Assembly (NCBI GenBank): GCA_008632985.1
Contig: QPGO01000157.1
Location: 62,001-126,000, forward strand
DNA length: 64,000 nt
DNA from: Psammoneis japonica
Taxonomy: Eukaryota
Direction: 5' to 3'
Below the pieces are notes generated by a model, which saw only the letters and a program-made list of their open reading frames with translations, did not search any database and was not told the origin of the DNA. Made by a program: the position numbers and the translations under genes. Positions 1 through 15,181 of the stretch are shown in pieces. Numbering within the stretch: the stretch's first letter is position 1; each line of letters opens with the position of its first letter.

Positions 1-120
1 ATGTTAAGTCCCAAAGGAAATTAGAAAAGGATTTTGAGAGGGAAATGGCAAGTGGGAACCAAGATGAAGAAACAATATACATAGACTCCGAGAAGAATTG
101 CAGCATGCCATCATGCTACC

Positions 121-977
121 GTGATGACGAACTTGGGACAGGAGCATAGGTTGCAGGAGGGACTTACTCGATTTGTCTCATCTATGCAATCATATTGCTC
201 CAAGAATAGCATGAAGCCAAAAGGGAGAGGTGAGTTTGTATACAACAAGAGCTTTGAGGTTTTGGTGCAGGTAAGGTTTCGCGCTGAGCACAGCGGTTAC
301 GAGTTGAGCCACGCAGACGGAATGACAGCTCAGAAAAGTGAGACACCATTTGTGAGAATGTGGCGCAGTGCTATGCATGGTATGACCAGCATCAAAACTT
401 ACATGATGCTTTAATAGAGCTAGGTAATGGAAAGCTCTGAAAAAGTTGCGCGGCCTTTGCTTAAAGTATCAAAAAGATTCTGAAATCCCAAAAGAAACCA
501 ACAGACCGAGATCTTGGGTAAGTGTGTTCCTGAAGTTTCATCATCTTGAAGCTCACGTGTACAGCTTTTTAGAACGGTGGCGGATGTACCGGTATGGTAG
601 ATTGTCGGAGGAGGGCTTTGAGAATGCTCATCCAGTCGTTAATGAAATCCGACACATACTAAGTCTATGTCATCCACAATACAACGAATCAACACAATAT
701 GTCAGAGACTAGACTACACAATGGATTGAAAGAAGAAGTGTCGGAGGCAAAAGCAGTTGATGAAAAGAGGGTTACAAAGAAGAAGCGCGTTACTTACAAC
801 GTTTCAAGCCAAACAAGAGCGAATGATGAGGTGGTGGTGGCGAATCGATTGACTACGCTGGTGGAGGAGGGGAAACACTTCCAGACCCCCGATGGCACCC
901 TCATGTGTGTAGACTGGAAGGAAGTATACCACATGGCCGAACGGGAAAGGTGCCGGATCGTGGTGGGCTCCGTTTGA
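121..977 (+). mobile_element. Degenerate C-terminal remnant of a DDE transposase (Transib/RAG-like signature), broken by stops and frameshifts
   Basis: Consecutive short ORFs; motif KFHHLEAHV..FLERW....G.LSEEGFENAH resembles the HxxxxH...GxxSEExxE segment around the last catalytic Glu of Transib-like transposases. TpA content is normal here. Confidence 0.45.
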
Positions 978-1837
978 TGCTCGCACCGACCTAAGCACAG
1001 CATCAAAAGAAAAGGCAAGATTTAGTCAATAGTAAAATCTCCAAACCATACATTCGCATTTTTACAAATCCAAAGAACTACACAAGAGCTTTGCACCACA
1101 ATGAAACAAAAACTAGAGAATCGACCGGTGAAACAACTGGTATAAAACGGAGGAAGCAACAAACCAGCGGATCAACAATGCAGCACTTGATCCACCATAG
1201 TCGCATTCTTTCATCTTCAGACGACAGTATTAGACCTTGCTAGTGCAACAGAAGCGAAAAGCAATCGAGTACTCTTGCTTCTTCTTCCGAGTGCAGAAGA
1301 GAAACGAAACTGTAAGTGAGAAATTGGAAAAGCACATATCAACATTTTGGCATTGTTTGGAATTGCAGTAGCCGCATTTAACTCACCTCGTGTATTCGAT
1401 AGAAGCAATGTTCTAGCTCTCGGTTCAATAAGATGAACCGACACGAAACGCCGCCGTATTACTTGATCAGCGCCCTAAAAAAAATGCTCAACATTTCTTC
1501 CCCATTTTTGGCAGCTGAATTTCTTTACTTTTCAAGCAATTTCAAGAAAACAAGCAAGGTGAGGCATTCCTTCGAATGTTAATAATACAATGACCTGATA
1601 GTACATGTTACGCTACTTACAACGGCCGTCGGAACACTTCCCGCGTCATGGTGAAGGCTTGCAGCTTGCAGACAGAAAATAAAATGTACAGTACGTAATG
1701 TGCGCGCGTACGTGCGACGTTCACCTGCGGTCTTGCCGTCACAAGTCTACACAAAATCTTTGTACTATTTCTACCTACTGTACCGCACCGTATGTAGAGA
1801 AAGCAGTCACAAAAGAAAAACAGTGACTGCTTTCACC

Positions 1838-3919
1838 ATGGCGGCGATTTCAGGTCAGCAACCCCGCCGTCAGCGCAGGCGGAGACCTGAACCCTCACCC
1901 GAAGCATCGACGGGACTTATAGCAGCCATACTGACTCTTGTGTTGGTGGTGGTTTTGTTTCTCCTGTCTCCAACAAAAAGTGCTGGGTCTCCCAATGCCG
2001 ACGGCAACAACTCACCTAGTACGCAGCAGCACATGTCTATTGCAGACACGGTACTACAGCGACGAAAGCAATTCCGAGATGCGCTCTCGTCATTAACTCA
2101 TAATCAGATGCCATTCAGACTACAGAACTTGAGAAGGGAACGTAAAATTGTCGGTGAACGTCTCGTCGAAATCAAGCAGGGACGCGAGACTGTTATGGAA
2201 GTTCTGCACGGAGCCTCGCCCCTGAACCAACACGTCAACAAGACTCTTCCTCAATCTAATCAGCATCACAGTAGCAGCAACAAGCCACCTATGGAGTTGC
2301 AAGAAATACAGGAGTACTTGACCAACTGGATTCACACTCTTCACAACACGCTCGGGAAGGTGAAGACGGAGACCTATCACGGCATTTGGAAAGCCTACCA
2401 TGACTTGACCGTAAAGACCTTGTATCCTTGGGATCGAGAGTATCTCGAACGTATGCCTCCTCGTCGTAGTGATGGATCCATATACCTGAGTCTAGCGTCC
2501 TATCGTGATGAGAATTGCATCAACACAATCACTTGGGCGTACGAAAAAGCGAAACACCCAGAGAACCTGTACGTGGGATTGGTGCAGCAGAACTGTCACA
2601 AGAATTGCCGATCCGGCGTCTTGGAGGGAGGCAAGATGGAAGACGTTGAGCCAGACGTGGATTGTTACAAAACCTTTTGTGATTCCGAAATTGGGAAACC
2701 GCATTGCGCGGCCAACCGAGTCAGACTCATGGACATTGATGAACCCGAATCGCTTGGACCTTATGCTGCTCGATATTTTGCCTCCAAGCTATGGTATGGA
2801 GAGCAGTGGTTTATGCAGGTACGAACGGAAAACTTGTTTGTGAAACTGTGAGATTTATTTACCTACTTACACTTTTTACTTTGTCCGACTCGTATCGTTC
2901 TTCTTCTTGTAGACGGACGCGCACATGACCTTTGCTCAGGATTGGGATGCCATCTCGGTATCCATGCTCCAAAAAGCACCAGCCAAGAAGCCGGTTCTTA
3001 GCCATTATCCACCGAGCCACACAGCTAATCTTGAAGCTGCGGCCAACCAACCAGCGTCCAGGCTTTGTGGCCCAATGTTTGCTACTAGTGACTTGGAGGC
3101 GCAAATTGTCCGTCTGGAGGGAGGAGGAGTAAGTTTCGTGCACTGGATTCCGTGATTGTCCGGCTGTCATAGGCGCTCACACACTTATCGGATTGTGATT
3201 ACTCGACAGCGATACGACAAGAAACATTTGGACATTCCTCGATTCGCACCCTTCACGGCTGCAGGCTACTTTGTTGCTCACTCTGACTTTCTTCGCGAGG
3301 TGCCCTTTGATCCATTTCTACCTTGGATTTTCATGGGAGAAGAAATCATCATGTCGACGAGGCTATGGACGTCGGGATACACCATCTTTTCGCCATCGCA
3401 GTCCGTGGTGGGCCACATGTACGTTCGACGACACAAGCCGAAATTTTGGGAATCCGGTGAGTTAGTATGAAAACAACGGTGAAGCTGTGCAATGTCAGGA
3501 TAGAAAGCTAACAGGATTGTCTCTATTACTTGCAATGCAGTTCACCGTGCCTTCAGCATGGGTGTTCATAATCCTTTGCAGGTACGTGCGACCTTATGTC
3601 GCTTGTTATAGTGTTGTATGTGTCCAGAGATTGTCTCGTTTCCTCGTCAACTCATTGGATTGTTTCGTGGTTGTAGGCTTTGGTGTTGCAGCGCATCAAG
3701 TATCAGTTAGGTTATCCGGAATCAGCGCTCGACATGCTCAAGCCAAAAAGTCTCTTGACAGCCGTAGAACAGTATTCCATGGGAACGGAAAGAAAACTGG
3801 AGGACTATCTGCGGGCGGTGGGACTCAACATGACGACCAAGTTGGTAACTTATACTGGATGGTGCGAAGACGGAAAACCACCTCCGGGCTTTGAAGAGTA
3901 TGCACACTACTATGAATAG
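1838..3919 (+). CDS. GlcNAc-transferase family protein (Skp1-hydroxyproline GlcNAc-transferase-like, GT60), type II membrane protein, 5 exons
   Basis: N-terminal TM helix; motifs IYLSLASYRD, GPYAARY, QTDAHM, LSHYP, VPFDPFLPWIFMGEE. GT-AG introns at 2819-2912, 3129-3209, 3457-3540 and 3582-3676 join the ORF pieces in frame. Confidence 0.85.
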
Positions 3920-4611
3920 AACGTGGGAGTACCGATAGTCTAATTTACTTGTCAAGGGCGAAGGTATTTAAACATAATCTCGGTAACAGGACAATCGTTG
4001 AAAACAAGAAATGCTTGTCATAGAAACACCCAAGCCGATCGATGAGAACCGGTACCATACCTTATTCTCCCTGCACTGGCTGACGGAGCATTTACTTTAG
4101 GGCACAATAACTATTTACGAACTCCGTGGCACGGTTACTTGAACTTTCAGCACTTAAAACGCCAAATGGGCGGTCACAAGCAAGGTCGAAGAAGAGGAGA
4201 CAAGAACTGTTGCACAACAAAAAACATACATCTTCTCCGAAACTCCGAACGACTTGCTTTGTTGCAAGAGACCACACCAATTTCGTTGTCGGAAATGCCA
4301 GTGAATGTTATTTTCGTTTCTCAACTTGCCATGTCGCGACGATGCGAGAGAGCTGTCGCAATGGCAGAAACAACTGGACATACGGTAGTACTCCCGACCC
4401 GTAGGCAGACGCCGTGCACGGACTGCAAACTGTTGCTACGATGCTCGTCTACTCGGCGCACGTACAGGTGAAAAGAGAAAAGGATCTTTGTAGGCAGTAA
4501 GCATATGAAGGATTACAGATACGACTACACCTAGAGAGTTGAGGCAACCCACACACGGGTTATGGCACGGTAGAATGACTATGTTGCCCATATACTCTCT
4601 TTTAGCCTTCT

Positions 4612-6414
<1,803 letters not shown>

Positions 6415-7068
6415 TCAAATGCAGAATGCACTCCAATGAATACTGGTGGCAATATGCTACGGTAGATGAGGGAGCAGAATAGTCTCGCAAACCTGCAACG
6501 TCCTGATACTTTTCCGGGTACGACGTTCAATGCAAACCAACAGACAATGCCGCGGCGTCGTCGCGATGTGTTTCTTCACCGCGGCCCGCGGCCGCCCAAC
6601 AAACAGTTTTGTGAGGTTGGCAGGTCATTCAACATCGTTTGAGCTCGTCTATCTGCAACTTTGTCTCAAAATGTGATACTGGAGTTTTTCGATATCTCCA
6701 GACGGGAAGCTTGTTAAAAAAAGCAATTTGAAAACGACAAAATTTTTGCATACTGTACTCATTCATTTTGAAAAACAACCGTTGATGTTAACACTGGGGG
6801 TTCTCACACATTATTATTAAGGTATTACGACGTTAATACAATCATTTACTAAGCAGCTCGTTTGGTCGCGTTTTCTGACTCGTGCATGAATCACACAAAC
6901 ATCATCATCAAGACTACGTCGGTATCTGATAAGAACGAGTAGGTCTACCGGTAGGAACCTAAATGGCTTCGTTGTGTTCAAGGTTTACATCTGATAGACG
7001 AGATGGTACTTCCAGATGGTGCTGTGCTCATGCGAAGTAGTTATTATTGCGCGAGGCTCCATTAATTA

Positions 7069-9877
7069 TTAGGGCACAGGTGGTAGAGAATAGCGTGCAT
7101 TCGTCTCATCATGTTGTCTTTCACGTAATGAAACGCAACACTACGGGCCGCGCAGTGATCTAAACCAAACTTGATATCAATCGAATACATCGCATACCAG
7201 TCTTTCTCTGGATTAGGCGGTAACTGGTATTGGTAATGATGACCGGGCTACAATCCGAGTGTTCCAAATCGAAAGAACCCGTTAGAGCTGAAATTCAAGA
7301 ATACAATTGCGTAACACTCGAGCAATGAAAATAGAAACTTACAAGAAAAGGCATGTAGCGTTCACCACCAGCTTCATCCTTGGTGTCGTAAGGGAAAACG
7401 CCCATCTTCTTAAAGATCCGTGCAACCATGGTGTCCTCGGAGAATGTTTCCAAGTGTGGAAAGTAATTTGGAAAACCGTTTACGACCAAAGATTTTAGAG
7501 CAGCTTTGTTCATCGTGTATCCCGACCCGCCAGAATTGAAAATCTCATCCATGTGTCCCTGGTATGCAAATCTCCTTCCAAGAAAGAGTGGCGTCTGCAT
7601 CGTTTCGTCACCCGTCGGGAGCTCATGTCCGCCATTGGAAGCTAGTTTGATTTCTTCACTTTCTAGGTACAGGCGAAGATTCTCAACAATTAGATACAAG
7701 TCATCTCCTCCTATATGGAACCAGTCATAATCTTCGTAGTAATTGTCGTAGATGTAGCTCCAAATCGCTCGGACTTTCTGCCAAATGTTGTTGTACTTCT
7801 CTTCGCCTTCGTGAGGAAGTTCAACAGTTCCGAGTGATCGGTCCGTCTTGGTAGAAGCAACCATGAATCCGTCGCATTTCGGGCTGAGGAGCAAAAAGAG
7901 TACAGTTAGTTCTCTCAAATGCACAGTCGGAAGGAAGAACATACAGTTTGCACTTACGCCCATGTTTCACGAATACCAGGGATATTCGGGTGTCCTTTTT
8001 CGATGGTGTATACCACACAGAAAATCTTATCTCGTTTCCGCCCGCTTTGTTCGGCTGATTCGTGCGCTTCCAAATCTACAAAAACCTTTTCGGTAAGCAT
8101 CTTGTAGTGCGAGTCGTGATTTGAGCAGCCCTGCTGAAGTTTTTTGTTAAAGTAGGGTGGCGGATCGCGTCGTAAAGCCGTTTCATCGTGACGATAGCCC
8201 CAGTTTCCGTTCTCATCTTTCGCCCCCATGTGCGGGTGCTGCTTGTGACCTCCAGATACATCTACATAGCCAATATCAATAGGAGTAGCCTTCTGAACAA
8301 TTTCCAAGTTCACAGCGCTGAGAGGCTTTGAAGGTTTTCTACCCTTTGCTGTTACGCTTTGAGCCTCGCCAATTGCGTCTGGTTTCATGGAGAACTGGTC
8401 TGCAAACCATGAAAAGGATCTGCATTTGTGTTGAAGGCCACTCGGGAAAGAGTGCGAATCTTTCGCAGTCGTAAGTAGCCTTCTCCATTCGGCAGCAGAC
8501 GATACATCAGAGCGAGCCTGAAAGACTTCATTAGCATGAGCCTCGTCCATCCACGCGGCAGCAAAGCGTGCCGCTTCAGCCGCTGATGAAATATGTTCGG
8601 CCTGTTCCGGCGTCGACCCTTGAGGCGGCACAACATGTACTTGAGTCAAGACATCGATTCCATCGGCACAAAGCCATAGATTCAGCGAAAGGTCCAAATC
8701 AGAAGCCCATGCAGTCTCGAGTGACATATCTTGAGAAGGGAGATCCATGTAGGTCTCCAGCCGAAGTGCGGTTGCCACGCCATCCACCACAGGAGAAGGA
8801 TAAGAGTTGCCATTGTCCAACGCCAAGTCTGCTCCAGTGGCCGCAGAGCTTCGCTTCTTCAAGGCAAAATCAAAAGACGTTTGCTCCATAGAATTTGACC
8901 CTTCAACGGAAAACGACACGGCATTCGAAAGTTTTTGCGCGACGGCGTGATCCACCTCTGCAATAATCGGCGGAGGAACAATTAACGCTGAAGTGATTGG
9001 TTTCAACCAAGTGTGGTCTTGTAATGTTGCCCCCTGTTGCAATAATACCAAAATAAGATCTTCTTCCTGTGACTTTAAGCCGGATACTTCGTGCTTTTTC
9101 GCCAATAGGTTCACAAAATCGACGGCATCCGAGCGTGAAGCAGCCATCCCCTGTTTTTCTTTGGAAAACAGAACTTGAACTTTGCCAGTGTGTCTATCCT
9201 TATCGTCTTCTTTCATCGGCTCCTCGTGCACATGTGGTCTCAATCCATGCCTAGTATGGTTTTGGTGATAAAACAAAAGTGTGTCAAATAAGCCATACCT
9301 GCGCGAAGTGGCATTAGCATTTAGAACGCAACATTTGGAAGCTTACCAATGCGGAACAGAACCTTCGTCTATGTAGTTTAGTCTTGACACAAGGGTCTCG
9401 TCACTTTCGATACCATCCATAACAGCACACACGAGAAACAGCCGATTTCGATCCGTATTTCTGTCGTCGTAAAAGCAAGAGATTCAGCGTCAGGAAACTT
9501 CAACTCAGAATTGACATGAAACATACCGATTTTTTTTCATGCTCACCGAAACACACTCTCAACCGACGTTGTTACTTTCTCTGCATCATCCCCAACAATG
9601 ACAAATGCTACACGAGGATGCGTAGGAGAGTACCCAAGTATATCACTCGATTGAGAATGTTATGGATCATAGTCTTGCCGGGCGCAACAACGGATGCTGA
9701 ATTCGATCTCACTCCGCCTCCGCCCGGAGACGAAGCGCTGAACAACGCCATAATAACCAACGGCCAGACGCACGCAAGAAGAAGAAAGAGCCGTGCTTTT
9801 GTCGCATCACTGAAGTCATCTTGCGGAAGACCCCGTGCCCTTGATGTGCGACGCTGTGGAGGACGACGGCTCGCCAT
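7069..9877 (-). CDS. Core-1 beta-1,3-galactosyltransferase-like (GT31) protein with a long N-terminal extension, multi-exon
   Basis: N-terminal TM helix; IFCVVYT, IRETW/KCDGF, YDWFHIGGDDLY, FNSGGSGY, SEDT, SVAFHYVK motifs across ORFs 9608-9886, 7954-9276, 7295-7963 and a last exon ending at 7069. Confidence 0.8.
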
Positions 9878-10378
9878 GGTCGACACTTCGTTTTTTTTTT
9901 TCTGTGTCGGCCAGAAAATGACCGCGGCAGGAATGAGAGGCGTGAGTACTTGCCTTTTCGTACCTGTCTACATACGAAAGATCGTACCGAATATTCAGTA
10001 CTGATGAGGCGTAGGCCCTACAGCCAGACTTCCAGCCCGCCCGCCCAGATCATATCAAATCAGATTGACAACGATCCTGAATTGCATGGATGGTTATGAA
10101 TGCACACACGGAAAGCAAAAGGCAGAAGCGAAGAAGAGGAAACATTTTAAGGTATGCTACAGCACTAAGTCATTCTCTACGTAGCTCTAGAGTAGGTACG
10201 AGAAGTAGAGATTCTTCTATAGTGTGATGCGTACAACTAAAGCAAGGCTGGTGCAACTTACGCTTCGTTCATTTTTTGTAGAGTACAAAAGCATTCAACT
10301 CAAAGCTCGTCAATAAGTCTGTAGTAGACTAGAGGATAGGATGGTTGAAGCCTCTGCATTGGTGAAATGGTTGCCAAT

Positions 10379-12526
10379 CTACCAGTTGAGCTGCATAATC
10401 CAATCACGGCATTCAAGGGACTGACGATCGAACAAATATCCTGTCCTCTTCATCTTGTCTCCTGGGTCACTGAGTAGTCTCAGAATAGAGACAGCATTTT
10501 CGTCACAAGCCTCGAGGAGAGAAAGAAGTTCGGGGTGGTCGACGGCATCCACGATCCAATAGTTGTACGTTGTAATGCCAGGCACTTCTTGAGTGTAACG
10601 TAGGTACTTGGTAACTCCATGTCGAAGCTGAAAGAGAGACTGTAGCACAGCAGGAACCAACTTTGAAAGAGGTGTACTACTCCAGCTGGAAGGATGGGTG
10701 CTGGACGACAACTCACAGACGACCAGCCGGGCAACACTTATCACCGCATATGAAGCACAAACCAAAGCTCCCGGTGGCAATGCCCATGTGGCGAATGATG
10801 AAGAGTGACTCTTGGGAACAGAATGCAGAGGATTGAAGGTATACGGCTGCGCACAAGAAACCAAAGTCCGGCCCAATCCAGAAATATGGGCACAAAGCGC
10901 CCGTACTAATACAACCGACATGCGTTCGCCTTCAAACACATCCTTGCAGTTTACCCAGTACCGCACATTGTAGACATGGCCTTCCAACTCAGGGTCAGAC
11001 AAAGGCAAAACGGTCCCGCCAATTGACTCGAGGAGGAGCACTCGTAGAATGTCTTGCTCCAGGCAAAACTCGTACGCCGCTCTCATGTTCATGCGCGGAG
11101 GTTTTCGTCCGTTGTACACCAGCGTGTTCTCCAGTAGCTCTGCGCACCTATGAACCAATTCCAATTCAACCTCTTCCTTGTTTCCTTGCACTTGAGAAGA
11201 ATCAACAATAGAACGAATGCACTCCTCGTTTCCGTGCAGAATAGAAGACACCAACACATCCATGCAGAGGTACGGCGTGACATGGTGATGAACGTCGTAG
11301 ACGAGATCTGGCAAACTCAAGCCACGGACGCAGAGACTCATGCGGTAGGCTTCATCTGTAATGGTCAAGTAGCAGGTTACAAGTGCCGAAAATACAAAGC
11401 AAGTGGATCCCAAACGTAGGACCTGGCCCCAAGAATGATACAATGATGAATCATCGCTTGCCGCAGTCGGTCCAAGCCAAAAGGCCACAATGGTCGCAAT
11501 CATAGTGAGAAAGACGATTTTGGCCAATTTGTACACGCCATGTTTCACCATGTACAAGAGCTTGAAATTGTTGTTGTAGTATGGCATGGGGTTGAGTTCA
11601 TGTGACACACCGTCGAGGGTCGTAAACAAAAGTTGAATGACGCAGGTCAAGATACTCGTGACAAACAATGCGGTCTTGAGCAAGTCGTCGTGAGTTGGTC
11701 CCGCCAAGAAAAATACAATCATTCCACAAAGAATGGCAAAGAAGAATTGTGTGGGTTGCTGGTATTTGAATGTAGGCTGCTGGTATCTTTTTTGCGGCAC
11801 CTGACTGGCAACTGGCGATCGAAGCAGAACGCCGGGAGGATCCGTCGGGCCCGCAATTAGGTCTAGAATGGCATCTAGTGTTTTCAATCTTGCCCAAAAA
11901 GAAGAGAGCCTTGATGTCGCGGGGTTTGATAATAGTGGAGAAGCGGAACACCGGACTAAGCAAACGGAGCGCGAGTTCAAAGAGAGTGAGAAAACGAATT
12001 TAGAGTTTATCATGGAAGAAGCAACACCCTCAAAGGGCAACGTACCAACCGAGGTCCATCCAACAAAGCGTAGCAAAACAGTAAGGCCCATAATCAACGC
12101 GGTCATCGAAAACCGAAAGACGGCTGCGTATGGAATGTATGGGACGGCACTGCATCCCATTTCTCCAAACACAAAGACAAGAACGGGTGAAGCGAGGTAC
12201 CGAGTCAGAAAGATACTGACAGCGACACAACCCAGAAGCCAAGCGAGTCTCCCTCGATTCCATACTCTATCTCTTTCTTGAGGAGAAGGCGCGCATCGTT
12301 GAATCGTCGACCGAACCGAAACGTACATTGCCACCGTAAGGACGATCGTGAATATTCCGTGGTTTCGCGTAAACAAGTTGAGGAGCGTGACAAACGCTTG
12401 TGCAAAAAGAGGCAGGGCACAAATCACCAATGGAGGGGCGAGCCAAACAATCCAAAGCCGCTTGTAGGTGACCACCATGGCCGCCACAAGAGCGTCAGTG
12501 AGCAGTTCCGGTGATGGCTTGTCCAT
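10379..12526 (-). CDS. Polytopic membrane protein, possibly nucleoporin NDC1-like
   Basis: Long ORF with several N-terminal hydrophobic helices and a soluble helical C-terminus (VARLVVCEL...LVPAVLQSL). The family call is from overall resemblance only. Confidence 0.45.
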   Translation of the reverse strand: MDKPSPELLTDALVAAMVVTYKRLWIVWLAPPLVICALPLFAQAFVTLLNLFTRNHGIFTIVLTVAMYVSVRSTIQRCAPSPQERDRVWNRGRLAWLLGCVAVSIFLTRYLASPVLVFVFGEMGCSAVPYIPYAAVFRFSMTALIMGLTVLLRFVGWTSVGTLPFEGVASSMINSKFVFSLSLNSRSVCLVRCSASPLLSNPATSRLSSFWARLKTLDAILDLIAGPTDPPGVLLRSPVASQVPQKRYQQPTFKYQQPTQFFFAILCGMIVFFLAGPTHDDLLKTALFVTSILTCVIQLLFTTLDGVSHELNPMPYYNNNFKLLYMVKHGVYKLAKIVFLTMIATIVAFWLGPTAASDDSSLYHSWGQVLRLGSTCFVFSALVTCYLTITDEAYRMSLCVRGLSLPDLVYDVHHHVTPYLCMDVLVSSILHGNEECIRSIVDSSQVQGNKEEVELELVHRCAELLENTLVYNGRKPPRMNMRAAYEFCLEQDILRVLLLESIGGTVLPLSDPELEGHVYNVRYWVNCKDVFEGERMSVVLVRALCAHISGLGRTLVSCAQPYTFNPLHSVPKSHSSSFATWALPPGALVCASYAVISVARLVVCELSSSTHPSSWSSTPLSKLVPAVLQSLFQLRHGVTKYLRYTQEVPGITTYNYWIVDAVDHPELLSLLEACDENAVSILRLLSDPGDKMKRTGYLFDRQSLECRDWIMQLNW

Positions 12527-12811
12527 GGTCGATATTATGTTACTGTATGTACGTTGCGTGTTGCGCTGTTGTCCGTCTGTGCTGTGTGTGTCTCCCCCCT
12601 GCCCTGACCCCAAACGGACCGGGGACGGACGGGTAAGACGAAGTCGGGTACGGTGGGCGGGTACCGGTAGTGGGTAGGTCGGGCGGTAATGATGACGATG
12701 GTGCGATGAGACATGAGACCGACGATGGCGAGCAGCGGCGGTAAGAGTTACAGCAACACCACACAACACCGCCTTCGAGTTGTCAGCCATCATTTCCGCT
12801 TTACGAACAAA

Positions 12812-14320
12812 ATGCCACCGCAAGAAGCATTGCTTAGTGCAGAGGCACAACGCGAGTCGTTGAGAGAACCTTTAGTAGTTACTTCAGCACAGAACGACGA
12901 ACCGGAAACAGATCGCAGCCCCAACATTCGCTGGATCCTCTCCTATACTCTGTTTGCGTTTACTGGAAGAGCAGTTTGGTATCAAAGTGTGCTGAGTACA
13001 TATTGCTATTTGCTTCGGAATGACAATCCTGAATCGGTCGGCTTCATCACGTCCGTCATGGGAATATGCCAACTCTTGGCATCGATACCAACTGGCATTG
13101 TCGCTGATCGGTTGAGTCCATCTCATGGAAGACGTCGGGATTTGTTGCTTAGAAGGGCTGCTGTGATTGGAATGACTTCGTTTTCAGTTTATAGAGAGAG
13201 CTACATGCTCCTTGCCTCCGCGTTGGCGTTGTGGGGTTTAGTGTACGGTGTGGTCATACAGCCTTGACTGCAACGTTTGCAGATTCGATTGAAAACGGAG
13301 AACGTTCAAAATACTTTACACAGCGCTCAATACTGATCAAGCTGGGTAATACCATGGGCCCTACTGTGTCTTTGGTTCTCTTTGCCTTCCTTGGAGACAA
13401 GTGGTCGATTCGGGACTGTTCGATCGTCATGGTGGTAGGACAGCTGATTTGTTTGCCCTGCATTGTCCTCTTGTGCTGCACCAGCGATAGGCACGTGGTT
13501 CTCCCCGTTGATTCCTTGGAAGAATCATGCGAGCCGAACGACACCATGGACGTCGCTTCACCGAGCAACAACTTTTGTACGACTCACGTCGACATGAATA
13601 CCTTGAATGATTCGCCTCCTTCGTTGTTGCTACCGTCACCAAACTCTGCAGAGTCGAACGAAACGGAGGATGACGATTTGACGGCATATTTTGAATCTGA
13701 TGGCGACAAAATCGACAGTTCCTTCCTGATTTCGAGCATACCGGACGAGTCACAGTTTGAAGGGTTGCATGAAGAGCGCGGCTGGTTTTGCGTTTGCCAA
13801 GGACGGATGATTCCGATATTGGTGGCTGTAGCAGGCATCATTTCAGGATTGAACTCCGGTGTATTGGCTCGCTATTTCCCTATTTTCTGTAATGAAAAGT
13901 TGAGACTCGGACCAGCAATTGTTCAAGTGCTGGGATTGCTTGTCAACTCGCCGGCGCGATGATTTCACACCTTGCTCATCATTGGTCTTTGAAAATCGGC
14001 CTTTTGTTGTGTGATTTGCATTTACAAATGGAAAGGGCGAGTACGCATGGTTTCCATGAGTGCATCCCACAAATGTCGCAGCTTACCTGGTGCACTTGTG
14101 TTTGGCACATTTGCGGACATCCTTTATGAACTCGACGTCTGCTCTCACCAAGAGTGTCATGATGTATGGTGCAACATATGATGAACGTGGCAAGTGGAGT
14201 GCGCTTGAGTCCGTAACATGTTTCCCTGGTCGGGCAGTGCAGCCTTGGATGGAATCATGGTGTTTCGTTGAGAACTTTCGTATTTGATCAGGCTCTGCTA
14301 TCTGGATGTGTTGTTCATCC
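12812..14320 (+). pseudogene. MFS transporter, frameshifted
   Basis: MFS-like segments (PTGIVADR, FADSIENGERSKYF, GNTMGP, ERGKWSALES) split over several frames, with breaks near 13260 and 13960. Confidence 0.6.
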
Positions 14321-14782
14321 ACAATTCTCTACGATCGTGTCAGCATAGAGAGCCGATAGTCGGCGAAAGCTGAAGGACTAAATCAACAACACCCCCTTCT
14401 GTATATTGTCTTTATGTAAATTGAAAGACAGGCGTGCCTCGACAACACGCCCCTACTGAGATTTGAAGAAACTTGTGCACAACGCAGAGTATAACTAAAT
14501 GCGTCTTATTCGCACACAATGGTGCCTTTTCTTCTGTTCTATATGATGCATCTCGGAAACAAAAGCGTATCCAGCTATCCCAACATCTAGGTTCTTCTTC
14601 ATCCGCTGGAAGCAAAGTTTATAGTCCGTATTGACATCATTGATAATGGCTCCCTTCGGCATATCTCACACTAACTAATGGGTGCATGCTTTAGATAGAA
14701 ACTGTAGGTAGACTAGAGCAGAGCTAGCTAGAGTGTGTCTTTTTATCTTTTCTCTGTATGCTGGTTATCTCTACCCATCTCA

Positions 14783-15181
14783 TTACTCCAGGAGCATGGA
14801 CCTGAGTTGGTCTACCTTCTGAAGTGCTTCGTCATACTTCATGCGGTTTTTGCTATCAGGTTTGAGGAGCCCAATAACAATGTTTACCAATAAATCGCCT
14901 GCTTCGTGGAGATCATTACCGGTGTCAAAAGCCGAGCCGAAAAAACCAAATTTACCGCGGATCTGCTGTTCCATCGCTGCTCGATCCAATCCGGTGTAGT
15001 CCGCTTTCGATTGTGCTACAATTTGGGACGTGTTCAATGGCGTGCCACGAAACTTGGGAGGCCGCTCTCCAGACATCAGCTCGCCAATAATGATTCCCAT
15101 GGAGAATTCATCAGGATACTTGTCCTTTTCATCGAGCGGCTTGTATCCAGGTGTTCCCACGTTTGCCGAGAACGATGTCGT
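14783..15181 (-). pseudogene. C-terminal fragment of a Ser/Thr protein kinase, truncated against a copia remnant
   Basis: GTPGY and DEFSMGIIIGELMSG (subdomains VIII-IX), P..R (XI). Upstream sequence switches abruptly to copia RT (SGAVSL). Confidence 0.6.
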
